Origin: a virus | Lineage: Duplodnaviria; Heunggongvirae; Uroviricota; Caudoviricetes | Length of the DNA stretch: 64,000 nt | IMG/VR virus record: IMGVR_UViG_3300028800_000057 | Strand: one strand, 5' to 3' | Shown here: piece after piece, positions 18,974-28,480 of the stretch | How the letters are laid out: the number at the start of each line of letters is the position of its first letter | How positions within the stretch are numbered: the stretch's first letter is position 1 | The notes under the pieces: generated by a model | Database searches by the model: none | The model's input: only the letters and a program-made list of their open reading frames with translations | Told to the model about the DNA's origin: nothing | Made by a program: the position numbers and the translations under genes

Positions 18974-19214
18974 TGGCTTTTGATTCCTTTCATAGTCTGC
19001 TCTTCAGATCTGCAGGAGCAGATCCATTGCTCTCCTACCTTCATGATGTGTGAAGGCGAGGGGCAACTTTGGGCTATGTCAACCTTGGTAAGAAGCCTCT
19101 CCGTACAACTCGCTGGCATCAGAAAGTTTGGGATCGCTTTCTGATTGTGGCGAAGGAAGATCCCAGCTGCTATTAGGGCAGACCCTAGGATAAATGCAAA
19201 TGCATACCAAGCTT

Positions 19215-19886
19215 TCATTGCTTATTCTTTCTTCTTGTGTGCCTTGTTGGGCTTACTAGGAGTTGCTTGCGCAAGTAGGCATCACACTCGCTCCTAGCTT
19301 CGTTGAGTTCAACTACTGGGTAGTTCTTGGAGCTGAATGCTGACACTATCAGGTGGGAGAACTCTTCGGGGAGCTTGGTTGGGAAGGCGAGCCAGTACCA
19401 CCCTTGGTACTTACCAAACCCTACCCGAAACGGTTTGATCTCTCCGACTACCACCTTGTCATTGAGAAGGAACTTGCCCCCGCACGGAGGGCTCAAGGTC
19501 GTTGACCGGCTCAGGTCAAGGGTATCCTTGACCCATGATAGCCAACGCCGTGGGCCATGCTTGGGCTTGCCTAGGCACTTCCGAACGTAATCTTCACAGT
19601 CGTCCTTGGCCTTCTTCGGGTCCTCTACAGGATGATTGCTGGTGTCCTTCTTTGGGATGTTCCCTTCTTGCTCGGCGATCCAGTACCATCCGTTGAACTG
19701 AACGAAACCTACTCGGAACGGAACAACCCGCGCAACTCTAACCTTCTGGTAGAATAGCTCGAACCCACGCGGGTTGCTCTTGTTCCATACCTCTAGCGGC
19801 TCTAACCGCCAAGCCATGAGCCTAGCTTTTGGCTGTATTCTCATGGGGCGAGTTACACCGTCATCAGGTAGCTGCAGCTTTGGCAC
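19215..19886 (-). CDS. hypothetical protein with internal duplication (PFRVGF..GWYW.A ... DC.DY.RK.L twice)
   Basis: two repeats within ORF. Confidence 0.5.
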   Translation of the reverse strand: MPKLQLPDDGVTRPMRIQPKARLMAWRLEPLEVWNKSNPRGFELFYQKVRVARVVPFRVGFVQFNGWYWIAEQEGNIPKKDTSNHPVEDPKKAKDDCEDYVRKCLGKPKHGPRRWLSWVKDTLDLSRSTTLSPPCGGKFLLNDKVVVGEIKPFRVGFGKYQGWYWLAFPTKLPEEFSHLIVSAFSSKNYPVVELNEARSECDAYLRKQLLVSPTRHTRRKNKQ

Positions 19887-20556
19887 GCATGGATGCGAGA
19901 AGAGCCTGAGCCTTGCTCTTCTGAAGCAAGGCTTCCGGGCTTGATTGCATCCCGCTGACTGCCTGGTTCAGCTCCTCACGGGCGACTGCTGACTTCTGTT
20001 GGGCCGCTTGAAGCGCTCCCCCGAGGTGAGTTGAGTCAACCCCAGTTGTCAGGTCCTGGACCTTCCGGACAGCGTTGAGGGCTTGAGTATCGGCCGTAGC
20101 TTGACTGACAGCTCGTCGAAGTTGCTGCAACTCCCTGACCATTATGGTGTGGCGCTCTTTCAACTTGTCCATGGTCACGGAAAGGAGCCGATGGTTCTCG
20201 AGTAGGGCTGCTTCTTGGGATTTGACGTCCTCTTGCTCTTCTTTCAGCTCGTTGACGTGAGCCGCCATTGGGATCTGGTCATCATCATTGGTGGGGTCCC
20301 CATCGTCCATATTGGCCTGAATAGCAGCCATGAACTCGTCAATGTGTTGCTGGATGGCCGCTACTTGCAGGTGCATGGCCTTGGCGGCCACATCAGCTCT
20401 GATGCACTCAGTGGATTCAGTCTGCATTGCTGCTTCCAACTCACGAATGAGCTGTTCATGCGCAGGGACTGAGTTAGCGTCAATGACCTTATCAAGTACC
20501 GAGTGAGCGCTCGCCTTGACGATCAAGGTTGCTTTCGAGAAAATGCTTAGTGCCAT
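19864..20556 (-). CDS. PspA/IM30 (phage-shock protein A / Vipp1) family coiled-coil protein
   Basis: N-terminus LSIFSKATLIVKASAHSVLDKVID..EQLIRELEAAM parallels PspA [24 protein letters not shown]..., all-helical about 230 aa. Confidence 0.65.
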   Translation of the reverse strand: MALSIFSKATLIVKASAHSVLDKVIDANSVPAHEQLIRELEAAMQTESTECIRADVAAKAMHLQVAAIQQHIDEFMAAIQANMDDGDPTNDDDQIPMAAHVNELKEEQEDVKSQEAALLENHRLLSVTMDKLKERHTIMVRELQQLRRAVSQATADTQALNAVRKVQDLTTGVDSTHLGGALQAAQQKSAVAREELNQAVSGMQSSPEALLQKSKAQALLASMRAKAAAT

Positions 20557-20588
20557 ACTGTTTTGCCTCTTGTTCTGTTGTTGAAGTT

Positions 20589-22580
20589 CTAGTCGTCGCT
20601 TGAGCTTGAATCATTGCTTGAGAAGTCGCTGTCACTTGAGGATGAGCTCGTGTCGACTGACTCACCACCAAATCCACCTCCGTCATCGTCATTGCTGCTG
20701 GTTTGGACTGACTCACCACCCCAACCACCTCGACGATTGTCATCATCGTCATCTGAGCGGCGGCTCTCACGACCACCACCATACCGACGATCCTCGTCTA
20801 GTTCTCGTCGAAGTTCACGATTCTCGGCATTGACTTCGATGTCGTTGAGGGCAAGGCCAAGCCCCAATCCAAGGCCAAGTCCAGAGTCGTCTCGGCCGTA
20901 GTTGTTGACCACTGTAGTGTGGGACACGTGACTGCTGGAGCGACTCGAGCCGCTGCCACCTGAGTAACCCGATGAGGGGCGATACGAGTTAGACGAAGGA
21001 CGTCGAGCATCCGCTAGCCGACGCATCAGTACTTGAACAGCATTGATTGCGTTGTTGATCTCAGACTCAGCAGCTCTAGCTAGTGTGACTTGTTGTTCAG
21101 CTGAGTCCCAGTTCTGAGTAAGAACTCCACTCTTGGCCAGAGCAATTGCTGACTGTCGTGCTTGGGTCCTTTGGATGACCACCGTACGTTGTTCAAGTGC
21201 TGGGAGTTCAGCGCCATCCCCGAAGGTTGTCCTAATTTGGCTGATGAGTGAGTCGAGGGTGACAAGCTTATCCGCTATCACGTACTGGTCGAGCCTGCTG
21301 ATATCCCCTTCGATCCGTTGCTTCCGAGAGTTTAGGTCATATACCTGCTGGGCGGCTCTCCTGGCTAGTATCGTTCCATCTTTGCAAACGTCGGTTACTG
21401 CTTGATATCTCTTCTCTTCCAGGTTCTTCTGGGCTTGCTCGAAGGAAGAGATCGCCTGCTGTAGGATGGCCCGGGGACCATCTACTTTCATGGATCTCTC
21501 TGCATTGATATTATTGGTTGCAATCTCGATTTCCTTAGCTAGGGCGTCGATGGTTGGTTGGGCTGAGTCACGTAGACGACTTATGCCTCGGATGGAGTTG
21601 GAGAGTTTGATAGCCTCGGCATCCACTCTCTCCAAGTTGGCTTGCACCCTTTCAAAGGTTGCAGTCATTGCATTGTAGGCATCAGCACTTAGGCCCACGC
21701 TTTCTGGGTCATTGGCGGAGCCAGTCATATTGACGTACTGACTCTTGGCCGAGTCCATATTGGACTTCAACGCTTCAAGTTGATCTTGTAGGGCCGAGAA
21801 CTCGGCAGGATTGATAGTCGTCTTGAGAGGGGCCAAGAGAACCCCAATGGTGGTCAGGTGGCTTTCAAACCCAGTGATTAGGTTGTTACAGGCGCCCCGA
21901 GTACCCTGAGCTTGTTGCTGAGCCGCGTCACGCTCCGACTTCGCCATTCGATATCGTATGAACAACCAGATCCCAGCCCCGATAACACCGGCAAGGAGCA
22001 GCCATTTCAGGAAGGAGAATCCTCCACTGAGGTCTGCTGGCTTCTCGTTGTGATTGACGATGGTGACAGGACCACTGGAGACAATGGCGTTCGCCTTCGT
22101 TGTCGACAGAAGGGTGTGGGTTCTGATGAGCCCAGCTTTGGCGGCGCCAGTCAGGTCCCCTTTACCAATAAGTCCGCCCATCTCCTCACCAATATCCACA
22201 ATCTTGTTGTGAGTGAGTACATTCTGGAAAGGGCCCTTCTTGGCGAACTGGACCGCAACCTTACCGTTGGGTTCGAGGATCAGCAGGAAGATGTTGCTCT
22301 TGAGGCGCCCGCCAGCTGACTGCCATGAGGGACACTTACTCAACAGAGCACCGGCGTATTTGTCAAGGTTCCCATATCTGTTCATCTCGTCTGTCGTGAT
22401 GACTCGAACGAGGGCTGGGTCCGCACCATCACCGGCGATCTTCCTGAGAAGAGGTTCGATCTCGGAGGCTTTGACTTTCCCTGTTGTATCAAAGACGGGG
22501 CTATTGCACTCGTCTGCAAGCGCCGGGCGCGCTAGGACTAGCACTAAGAGTGCTAGTATCACAGTGATCGATCTGATCAT
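20589..22580 (-). CDS. TPM-domain (YgcG-like) membrane protein with signal peptide, TM helix, long coiled-coil and Gly/Ser/Asp-rich C-terminal tail
   Basis: signal peptide; IFLLILEPNGKVAVQFAKKGPF resembles TPM core; TM GVIGAGIWLFIRY; GLGLGLGLGL and D/S/G tail. Confidence 0.6.
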   Translation of the reverse strand: MIRSITVILALLVLVLARPALADECNSPVFDTTGKVKASEIEPLLRKIAGDGADPALVRVITTDEMNRYGNLDKYAGALLSKCPSWQSAGGRLKSNIFLLILEPNGKVAVQFAKKGPFQNVLTHNKIVDIGEEMGGLIGKGDLTGAAKAGLIRTHTLLSTTKANAIVSSGPVTIVNHNEKPADLSGGFSFLKWLLLAGVIGAGIWLFIRYRMAKSERDAAQQQAQGTRGACNNLITGFESHLTTIGVLLAPLKTTINPAEFSALQDQLEALKSNMDSAKSQYVNMTGSANDPESVGLSADAYNAMTATFERVQANLERVDAEAIKLSNSIRGISRLRDSAQPTIDALAKEIEIATNNINAERSMKVDGPRAILQQAISSFEQAQKNLEEKRYQAVTDVCKDGTILARRAAQQVYDLNSRKQRIEGDISRLDQYVIADKLVTLDSLISQIRTTFGDGAELPALEQRTVVIQRTQARQSAIALAKSGVLTQNWDSAEQQVTLARAAESEINNAINAVQVLMRRLADARRPSSNSYRPSSGYSGGSGSSRSSSHVSHTTVVNNYGRDDSGLGLGLGLGLALNDIEVNAENRELRRELDEDRRYGGGRESRRSDDDDDNRRGGWGGESVQTSSNDDDGGGFGGESVDTSSSSSDSDFSSNDSSSSDD

Positions 22581-22957
22581 ATCTCAATTATGATTGGATT
22601 TACTCCAATCATTCCTTTCTTTGAGTTAACTTTTTTGGCCTTTGGGTGGGTACAATCCGGGCGATGCCCTTCAATCTTTTTGGCCCAGCACAGGTGACAG
22701 ACCATACCCATCGAACTTATTTGGTGAACCCACTCAGGCGGGTTACGCTTGATGGTAGTTGATTCGAAGTACCTCTCGCTCTTCCACTGAGCGGGGTTAT
22801 CGTTCCAAGATACAAGAGCCTTGCGCTCTTTTAGGTCAACCTCGATTACTCGGATCTTCCAGATCCCAAGCTCGGTCTTAGTGGTATGACCCACTTTGCG
22901 CCGGTGACAGTCGTAAATGGTATCCCCGGCTTTGAGACTAGTGAATGAAACAGCCAT
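22577..22957 (-). CDS. hypothetical protein
   Basis: ORF, ATGA overlap with TPM gene. Confidence 0.45.
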   Translation of the reverse strand: MAVSFTSLKAGDTIYDCHRRKVGHTTKTELGIWKIRVIEVDLKERKALVSWNDNPAQWKSERYFESTTIKRNPPEWVHQISSMGMVCHLCWAKKIEGHRPDCTHPKAKKVNSKKGMIGVNPIIIEI

Positions 22958-22959
22958 GG

Positions 22960-23466
22960 TTACTTCGTAGTGAGGTACTGGTAAACTCGGTATGGGATCT
23001 CGCAGGCTACTTCGCCATGCTGATCACAGATTTGGACCTTGCTGTTTCGTAGGGCCACGGGTTTACCAACGGGGATCATGATGGTCCAGGTATCTTCCAT
23101 GTCATTTAGCAAGTCCTCAAGTATCTGTTGAGGAGTCACATTCTTGGTCACCTTGCGCTTTGATGTCTTCTTGGGCGACTTTTTGGTTTTGGTGGGTGGG
23201 AAGGTCAGTTGTGGGATTGGCAGGTTAGCGTGAAGGCTACCGATTACCCTCTCCACAATGAGTTGGGCCCGACCTCTATCAGCGTACGTATCTGGCATGA
23301 CCGGGTGCTTACTTGAGTCAGAGTTGAGTACTTCCCTAGATCCCTTGAAGTACTCAACAAACCACCCGTGTCGCTTTTCAGTCGGCTCCCAGAGGGAAGC
23401 TTGGTACTCACCGATCAGCATCAAGATCTTGTTGCCTTGCTGGGTTACTGCAATCGCTTTATCCAT
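22960..23466 (-). CDS. hypothetical protein
   Basis: ORF. Confidence 0.45.
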   Translation of the reverse strand: MDKAIAVTQQGNKILMLIGEYQASLWEPTEKRHGWFVEYFKGSREVLNSDSSKHPVMPDTYADRGRAQLIVERVIGSLHANLPIPQLTFPPTKTKKSPKKTSKRKVTKNVTPQQILEDLLNDMEDTWTIMIPVGKPVALRNSKVQICDQHGEVACEIPYRVYQYLTTK

Positions 23467-23477
23467 TCCTCATATCC

Positions 23478-23687
23478 TTATCGGGCGTTCGTTCTACAGT
23501 ATTCGGTTCTGGCGTACATCTCGAAGCTACCGTTCAGGTGCAACGTCTCAGGTTCTAATTGAGCAGTACATACTCGACCTGATGACTTATTTGGGCACTC
23601 TGGGGCGCAAAATTGTCCTTGGGTTACAACTGAAGTGGATAGGGTGAGTCTCTTACGGGGTGGGGCTTGCTTGGGGAGTACTGACAT
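23478..23687 (-). CDS. small Cys-rich protein, YLRTEYC family member 3
   Basis: CAPEC...GRVC...EMYARTEYCRTNA. Confidence 0.4.
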   Translation of the reverse strand: MSVLPKQAPPRKRLTLSTSVVTQGQFCAPECPNKSSGRVCTAQLEPETLHLNGSFEMYARTEYCRTNAR

Positions 23688-23997
23688 TTTCGGCTCGCTG
23701 GATGTAGAGAGGGGTGTGTTCTTGGCCGATCAGAATACCCCACCGGTCACTGACCTCGTTCACGAAGGCAACCCAATCGTTTAGGGTTGGACCACTTTCA
23801 GGGTGGCGCGTGCATGCCTCTGGGTGCTTGACTGTACTATCGTCATTGGCTACCGCTACATACTCTCTGGAGACTGGGCAAAATCGTGCAACACAGACCC
23901 CTAAGTTCACCCAAACAGTTCGGCCATCCGAGGATATCTCGCCACAATCGTCTGGAAGTATTGTCCTAATCAGTTTTCTCCTACTCTTAAAGTCCAT
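23653..23997 (-). CDS. hypothetical protein
   Basis: ORF. Confidence 0.4.
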   Translation of the reverse strand: MDFKSRRKLIRTILPDDCGEISSDGRTVWVNLGVCVARFCPVSREYVAVANDDSTVKHPEACTRHPESGPTLNDWVAFVNEVSDRWGILIGQEHTPLYIQRAENVSTPQASPTP

Positions 23998-24076
23998 CGA
24001 TTATCCTTTACCCTCAACTTCCATCTACTCGAAACACAATAGAGCACAAATTCTGTCCTGATGATAGTGGCTCTCT

Positions 24077-24355
24077 TTATTTTCTTTGACCCACTACCCA
24101 AACCAAGCCAACAGCGAGTCGGTGCTTGCATTTGTGACCACTTTTGCTATCTGGGCAGGTACACGTTGAGGTTCTTGTCGCCGGATCAGCATAGACATAG
24201 TAAGTATCCGTACCTCCAGTGACTTCCCACGTCAGGTCACCTATCGGTTTGACTGTGCCTACTAGGCCAACGGCCCTGGATATCCTGGTCGCCAGGCTTG
24301 GGTGGGTCCGAGCCCAAATGCCAGCTAGTCTTTCAATGGCTTGGGTGCGATCCAT
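24077..24355 (-). CDS. SWIM zinc-finger protein
   Basis: CTCPDSKSGHKCKH = CxCxnCxH. Confidence 0.55.
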   Translation of the reverse strand: MDRTQAIERLAGIWARTHPSLATRISRAVGLVGTVKPIGDLTWEVTGGTDTYYVYADPATRTSTCTCPDSKSGHKCKHRLAVGLVWVVGQRK

Positions 24356-24361
24356 ACTCGC

Positions 24362-24393
24362 TATTACGCGCTGGCGTAATGAATCTCAACAAG
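24362..24393 (-). promoter_or_regulatory. conserved promoter-like motif copy 9 on minus strand (TTGTTGAG-N15-GCGTAATAG, cgagtATG leader)
   Basis: reverse complement exact, drives SWIM gene. Confidence 0.6.
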
Positions 24394-24413
24394 TTTTGGT
24401 GTAGTCAAAACTA

Positions 24414-24794
24414 ATGGACTTGGACCTTGAGCGATTTTGGGCAGTGGTGAGGCCCCATCGGAGAAAGCCAGCCCCAAAGCCAGTACCTGAGCCACGACGG
24501 AAGTCCGTCATTTGGATTCAGGCGGTCGAGTCTGGTAATATAACTTGCACAGATCGGATACGAGTACCACTCAGGGTGGACAAGAACAACAACTTACTTT
24601 GTGAACTAAGTTTTCCTGAACTTGATCGAGATGTTACGATTGTTGGGTTTCGAATGTACATTCGAGACAATACTCATGAGTTTAGGTACATTGAGTGTGC
24701 CCCGCGGGTCGTCATGCTGGGTGGTAGTATGAAGCTGAATCTCAGCATCGTGGATGATCTAAGCCTAATCAACCAGTTGATATCAATTCGATGA
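24414..24794 (+). CDS. hypothetical protein
   Basis: ORF. Confidence 0.45.
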   Translation: MDLDLERFWAVVRPHRRKPAPKPVPEPRRKSVIWIQAVESGNITCTDRIRVPLRVDKNNNLLCELSFPELDRDVTIVGFRMYIRDNTHEFRYIECAPRVVMLGGSMKLNLSIVDDLSLINQLISIR

Positions 24795-25294
24795 CTGAGT
24801 TTGTTGATCCACTTAAGATGGTTCGTAGCGTGTACAGTCACGTTGACTCTGAGAATCACGAGATCAACCTTGCTGATGACTCAAAGCGTCGGTGGTTCGG
24901 TTTCTCGTGCGTCGGCTGCAATGATGAGTACGTTACCTGGCAATGCTCGGGCAAGGCGTTGGGGTGCCTCATGGTCTATGAACATCCCGGTGAAGACCAG
25001 CTGCTGCTCAAGTTGGTGAGTACTCAAGCTGGTAGAATCTCTATTCGAGATGCGCTCAATCGACTTGTACAATTTAGGGTGACAGCAAAGATCTTCTCTC
25101 AGATGAAGTCTAACGCTGTACATGCTTCAAACCCACTTGATGACCCTAGTACTGAAGTTGAGATCCTCGAAGACATGCTTATGGACGATGCTGCTAGACT
25201 AACCACTTCAAGTGATAAGACCCTAATCAATTCATTGAAGACTAGCTTTCGCAATAACATCCCGAGTCGTTACAACCGGAGACCTGTGATATGA
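24791..25294 (+). CDS. hypothetical protein with C-terminal SRYNRRPVI tail
   Basis: ORF; tail family. Confidence 0.5.
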   Translation: MTEFVDPLKMVRSVYSHVDSENHEINLADDSKRRWFGFSCVGCNDEYVTWQCSGKALGCLMVYEHPGEDQLLLKLVSTQAGRISIRDALNRLVQFRVTAKIFSQMKSNAVHASNPLDDPSTEVEILEDMLMDDAARLTTSSDKTLINSLKTSFRNNIPSRYNRRPVI

Positions 25295-25905
25295 GCTACC
25301 CGCTCGCTGGGTACTACTGGGTTCAGTACAACAATAAGGAGAAGACAACCTTCATTGCGCGTCTATCCTGGTCAGAGGGTGCTGGTATCTGGTCTGTCTT
25401 TGGGCATGGTGTCGAAGTACCGCTTGACTCATTTACAATCCTTGAGGGGCCCTTACAGTGCTCGGTGACTAAGCCTCCCGCCAAGGAAGACTTACCTACG
25501 CGCCAGGAGAGGGTACTCAAGAGCTTTGAACCCATCGAGCCCTTGGGCCATGAGCGAGAGCCAGACGACCCAGCTACCTTGGAAGAGATTCTGGCCTGCT
25601 TCACAGGACGTGGTGGGACCGTTACGATCAATGCTGTTGACTTCTGTGCAATTCGTGAGGCTCCAGCCGGTAGGTTTCAACCAATTACCACGAGAGATCT
25701 GTTGATGACTGGGTGGGTTGCTACCCTCGATGAAGTACTTTCGATTTATGTATCTCGCAGAATCCCTGTTGGTTATTACTACTGGGGCTACCACCCAGAG
25801 CTCCATGCTAGGTACGTAGATGGTATGGGGATTCAACCACACTTAGACTCCCAAACCATTCGTCAGGTCCAACGAGGCTTGGAGCCCTTCTTGTCTCAAC
25901 CCTAG
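25291..25905 (+). CDS. hypothetical protein, copy 1 of tandem paralog pair (TINAVDF...GYYYWGYHPELHARY)
   Basis: ORF; homologous to downstream copy. Confidence 0.5.
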   Translation: MSYPLAGYYWVQYNNKEKTTFIARLSWSEGAGIWSVFGHGVEVPLDSFTILEGPLQCSVTKPPAKEDLPTRQERVLKSFEPIEPLGHEREPDDPATLEEILACFTGRGGTVTINAVDFCAIREAPAGRFQPITTRDLLMTGWVATLDEVLSIYVSRRIPVGYYYWGYHPELHARYVDGMGIQPHLDSQTIRQVQRGLEPFLSQP

Positions 25906-25929
25906 AACCTTGATAGCTTTGTCTTAAGT

Positions 25930-26452
25930 GTGAAGCCTGTCGACCCCATTGGAAGACGTGAGAAGAACCTAGAGCGTGTAGCGCTTAGGCACGGTCTTAC
26001 CTTCTACCTGGATGGACATTACATTGTGAAAACCAATGGATGGGAAGGAGAGCTCCGCGAGGCGACCGATGAAGAGATTCAGATGTGGTCGATCTTGTGT
26101 CCTGAAGACCCCGATCACCTAATTGCAAGCGTTGAAGAGGTTCGTGCTTGCTGGACTGAACGAAAAGGACCATTCACCATCAACGCACGTGACTACCACA
26201 GCTTGAAAGGGTGCGGTCGAGAGTTTGAACCAGAGAAAAGAGGACTTGATACAAGGGCTCATCGGGGAGTATATTGGTAAGAAGGTCTATGTTTCTAAAG
26301 CTATACCTATTGGGTTCTTCTATGAAGGGGATCACATCCCTGCCCTACATTGGTATCCAGTCCGAGGGAACTTCGACCCAGAACCAGAGCTCTCTGCTGA
26401 AGTCGAGTTACAGGTGTGGAACACTCTGTACCCGTTCAAGTTGAGTGGGTGA
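25930..26452 (+). CDS. tandem paralog copy 2, split between two frames at an A-run near 26233-26245 (track ORFs 25930..26280 and 26225..26452); same frame as copy 1 across a single TAG
   Basis: homology of both fragments to copy 1; no ATG at start. Confidence 0.35.
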
Positions 26453-26769
26453 TGTCTGATAAATCCGACCCTAGCAGAGAAGTTACCTTGGAGGAGTTGG
26501 ATTCTACCTATCTAATGTACGTAGAGAATCAGCTAAACCACCTTCTTGGGTGTATTACCAGCCCTCAGCACTCTCATCGAGTTGAAGTCATGGTATTGAA
26601 CATGATCAATACGAGAGACAAGATTGAGGAACTCAGGAAGAAAGCGGTAGCCGGTAAGCTAACTCTAGGTGAGGCGATCCAGCACTTCAAGGTTGAAAAG
26701 AAGAAGAGGAAACCTCGCCGACGCAAGGTGCTAACTCGATACGAGAGGGTGATCAAAAACTTCTTGTAA
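26416..26769 (+). CDS. hypothetical protein with C-terminal TRYERVIKNFL tail
   Basis: ORF; tail family. Confidence 0.5.
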   Translation: MEHSVPVQVEWVMSDKSDPSREVTLEELDSTYLMYVENQLNHLLGCITSPQHSHRVEVMVLNMINTRDKIEELRKKAVAGKLTLGEAIQHFKVEKKKRKPRRRKVLTRYERVIKNFL

Positions 26770-26787
26770 CGTTCCCATGACAAGAAC

Positions 26788-27144
26788 GTGGAACCACCTA
26801 GTTGCCCGACTCATCCACCCCCGACCCCCGGTGTTGACTACCTGACTTGTAAGGCAGCCTGGGAGCTCCTTCACGAGTCCTTCCAGTCACTGACCTCTGT
26901 AGGTAGAAAGCCTCTCATCGAACGTCAGTGCTTTCGTCAGCATCCAAAGCGAATGGGTGACTTCTCGGAGACCCTTGAAGTTCGAATTGGTAAGCGCCTC
27001 ATCAAGGTGGACATTGTGTTCATTCTTGAAAAAGGGCTCAACGTTAAGATCTGCGAAGAAGGATCAGATCAGCTTCTTCAAGATGAGTGGTTCACTCAGC
27101 AGTCACAGTACGAGAAGCAATTGACTACCTGCTTCTTGGTGTAA
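26788..27144 (+). CDS. hypothetical protein
   Basis: ORF. Confidence 0.45.
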   Translation: MEPPSCPTHPPPTPGVDYLTCKAAWELLHESFQSLTSVGRKPLIERQCFRQHPKRMGDFSETLEVRIGKRLIKVDIVFILEKGLNVKICEEGSDQLLQDEWFTQQSQYEKQLTTCFLV

Positions 27145-27150
27145 CGCCTA

Positions 27151-27846
27151 TTGATGCATGAGTCTTGGACCCACATCCTAAGCGACGAGATGGCGAAACC
27201 TTACTTCGCTGAGTTGCTCACGTTTGTGGCTGCGGAGCGAGAGTCTCACAAGGTATACCCACCGAAAGGTAAGGTGTTCACTGCCTTCGAGGTCACCCCC
27301 TTTGACAAGGTTCGAGTGGTGATCCTAGGTCAAGACCCATACCCTAGCCCAGGACATGCTCATGGGATGTCTTTCTCAGTCCCTCCTGGAGTCCGCCCGC
27401 CTAAGTCCCTGGTCAACATCTACAAGGAGCTTCAGAGCGACTTGGGGGTAGCCCCGGCGAGTCATGGCAACCTGATGAGTTGGGCTGAGCAAGGTGTCTT
27501 CCTACTCAACACGGTATTGACAGTCCGAGATGGGGAGCCAGGATCACATCGAGGTAAGGGTTGGGAAAAACTCACCAACAAAGTGATCAAGTTACTCTCG
27601 GCGCGAGAGGGCCGTATCGTGTTCCTTTTATGGGGAAGAGATGCTCAGAGCTTCGCCCCAATGATCAATACCTCCGAGCACCGGGTCATTATCTCAGCAC
27701 ACCCCTCTCCGTTTAGTGCCCATCAAGGATTCTTTGATTCAAAGCCTTTTTCGCAGGCCAACAAGGCTCTGATGCAGAAGGGCTTCGACCCCATCGATTG
27801 GGACCTCTCGAAGCAACCTCACGTGGAGTTAGCCAATGCCAAATGA
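27151..27846 (+). CDS. ung: uracil-DNA glycosylase (family 1 UNG)
   Basis: GQDPYPSPGHAHGMSFSV water-activating loop, LLNTVLTV, HPSPFSAHQGFF motifs. Confidence 0.85.
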   Translation: MMHESWTHILSDEMAKPYFAELLTFVAAERESHKVYPPKGKVFTAFEVTPFDKVRVVILGQDPYPSPGHAHGMSFSVPPGVRPPKSLVNIYKELQSDLGVAPASHGNLMSWAEQGVFLLNTVLTVRDGEPGSHRGKGWEKLTNKVIKLLSAREGRIVFLLWGRDAQSFAPMINTSEHRVIISAHPSPFSAHQGFFDSKPFSQANKALMQKGFDPIDWDLSKQPHVELANAK

Positions 27847-28480
27847 TATCGAGGTAGAGATCATACCTGATGTGTCAATTGGTTGCTCCGTAGGACATCC
27901 AATAGTTAGTCTAGATCCTCCAGATCAACGTTCTGATATCGGGTTCCTCCCTTCGTTGACAGAGGATACTTCTAGTTCCACTCCGATGCTTTATTTTGCA
28001 GGCCCACATGAGTTCGTTGGTGCTTTCCCAATGAACCACGAGCTACAGGTTATACCCCCACCACCTGAAAGTAATAGCCTGCGTGTAACACCCTATGACG
28101 AACCATTCTCATTCAACGCGACTGATTTAGATCTAGCATACCTAAGTACCCCTCCAGATCAAGTTCTTATAGCTAGTGAGAGTGGGTCATCCCAATGGGG
28201 TCCAGTCCCAGAGCACCTTACTAGACTAGAGGTTCAAAACGGACTTACTGAGGGTAGCATTATATTTAATGCTCAGGGTGGGTTAGAGGTCATCCGCATT
28301 GATGCTAACGGTGACTTCTACGTGCATGGGAACAAGGTAGACAACGACCACGAGATCTACCAGCACTTTAGGAAGTTCTTAGGGATGTCTTTCAGCCTCC
28401 CGGTCCCAGATCCTCGACCGCGAGATGGCATCGAGACTCGGTATGAGCGCATTCTCAAGAATCTTGAAGTGGATCAGTAA
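27836..28480 (+). CDS. acidic hypothetical protein with C-terminal TRYERILKNL tail
   Basis: ORF; tail family. Confidence 0.5.
   Translation: MPNDIEVEIIPDVSIGCSVGHPIVSLDPPDQRSDIGFLPSLTEDTSSSTPMLYFAGPHEFVGAFPMNHELQVIPPPPESNSLRVTPYDEPFSFNATDLDLAYLSTPPDQVLIASESGSSQWGPVPEHLTRLEVQNGLTEGSIIFNAQGGLEVIRIDANGDFYVHGNKVDNDHEIYQHFRKFLGMSFSLPVPDPRPRDGIETRYERILKNLEVDQ

Noticed and set aside
20600-20901. Plus-strand His-rich and PPSSS ORFs inside the TPM gene
   Set aside because: They are antisense low-complexity shadows of the Gly/Ser/Asp tail of the minus-strand TPM protein.
25323-25842. Minus-strand ORFs inside 25291..25905
   Set aside because: They are antisense to a gene supported by paralogy.
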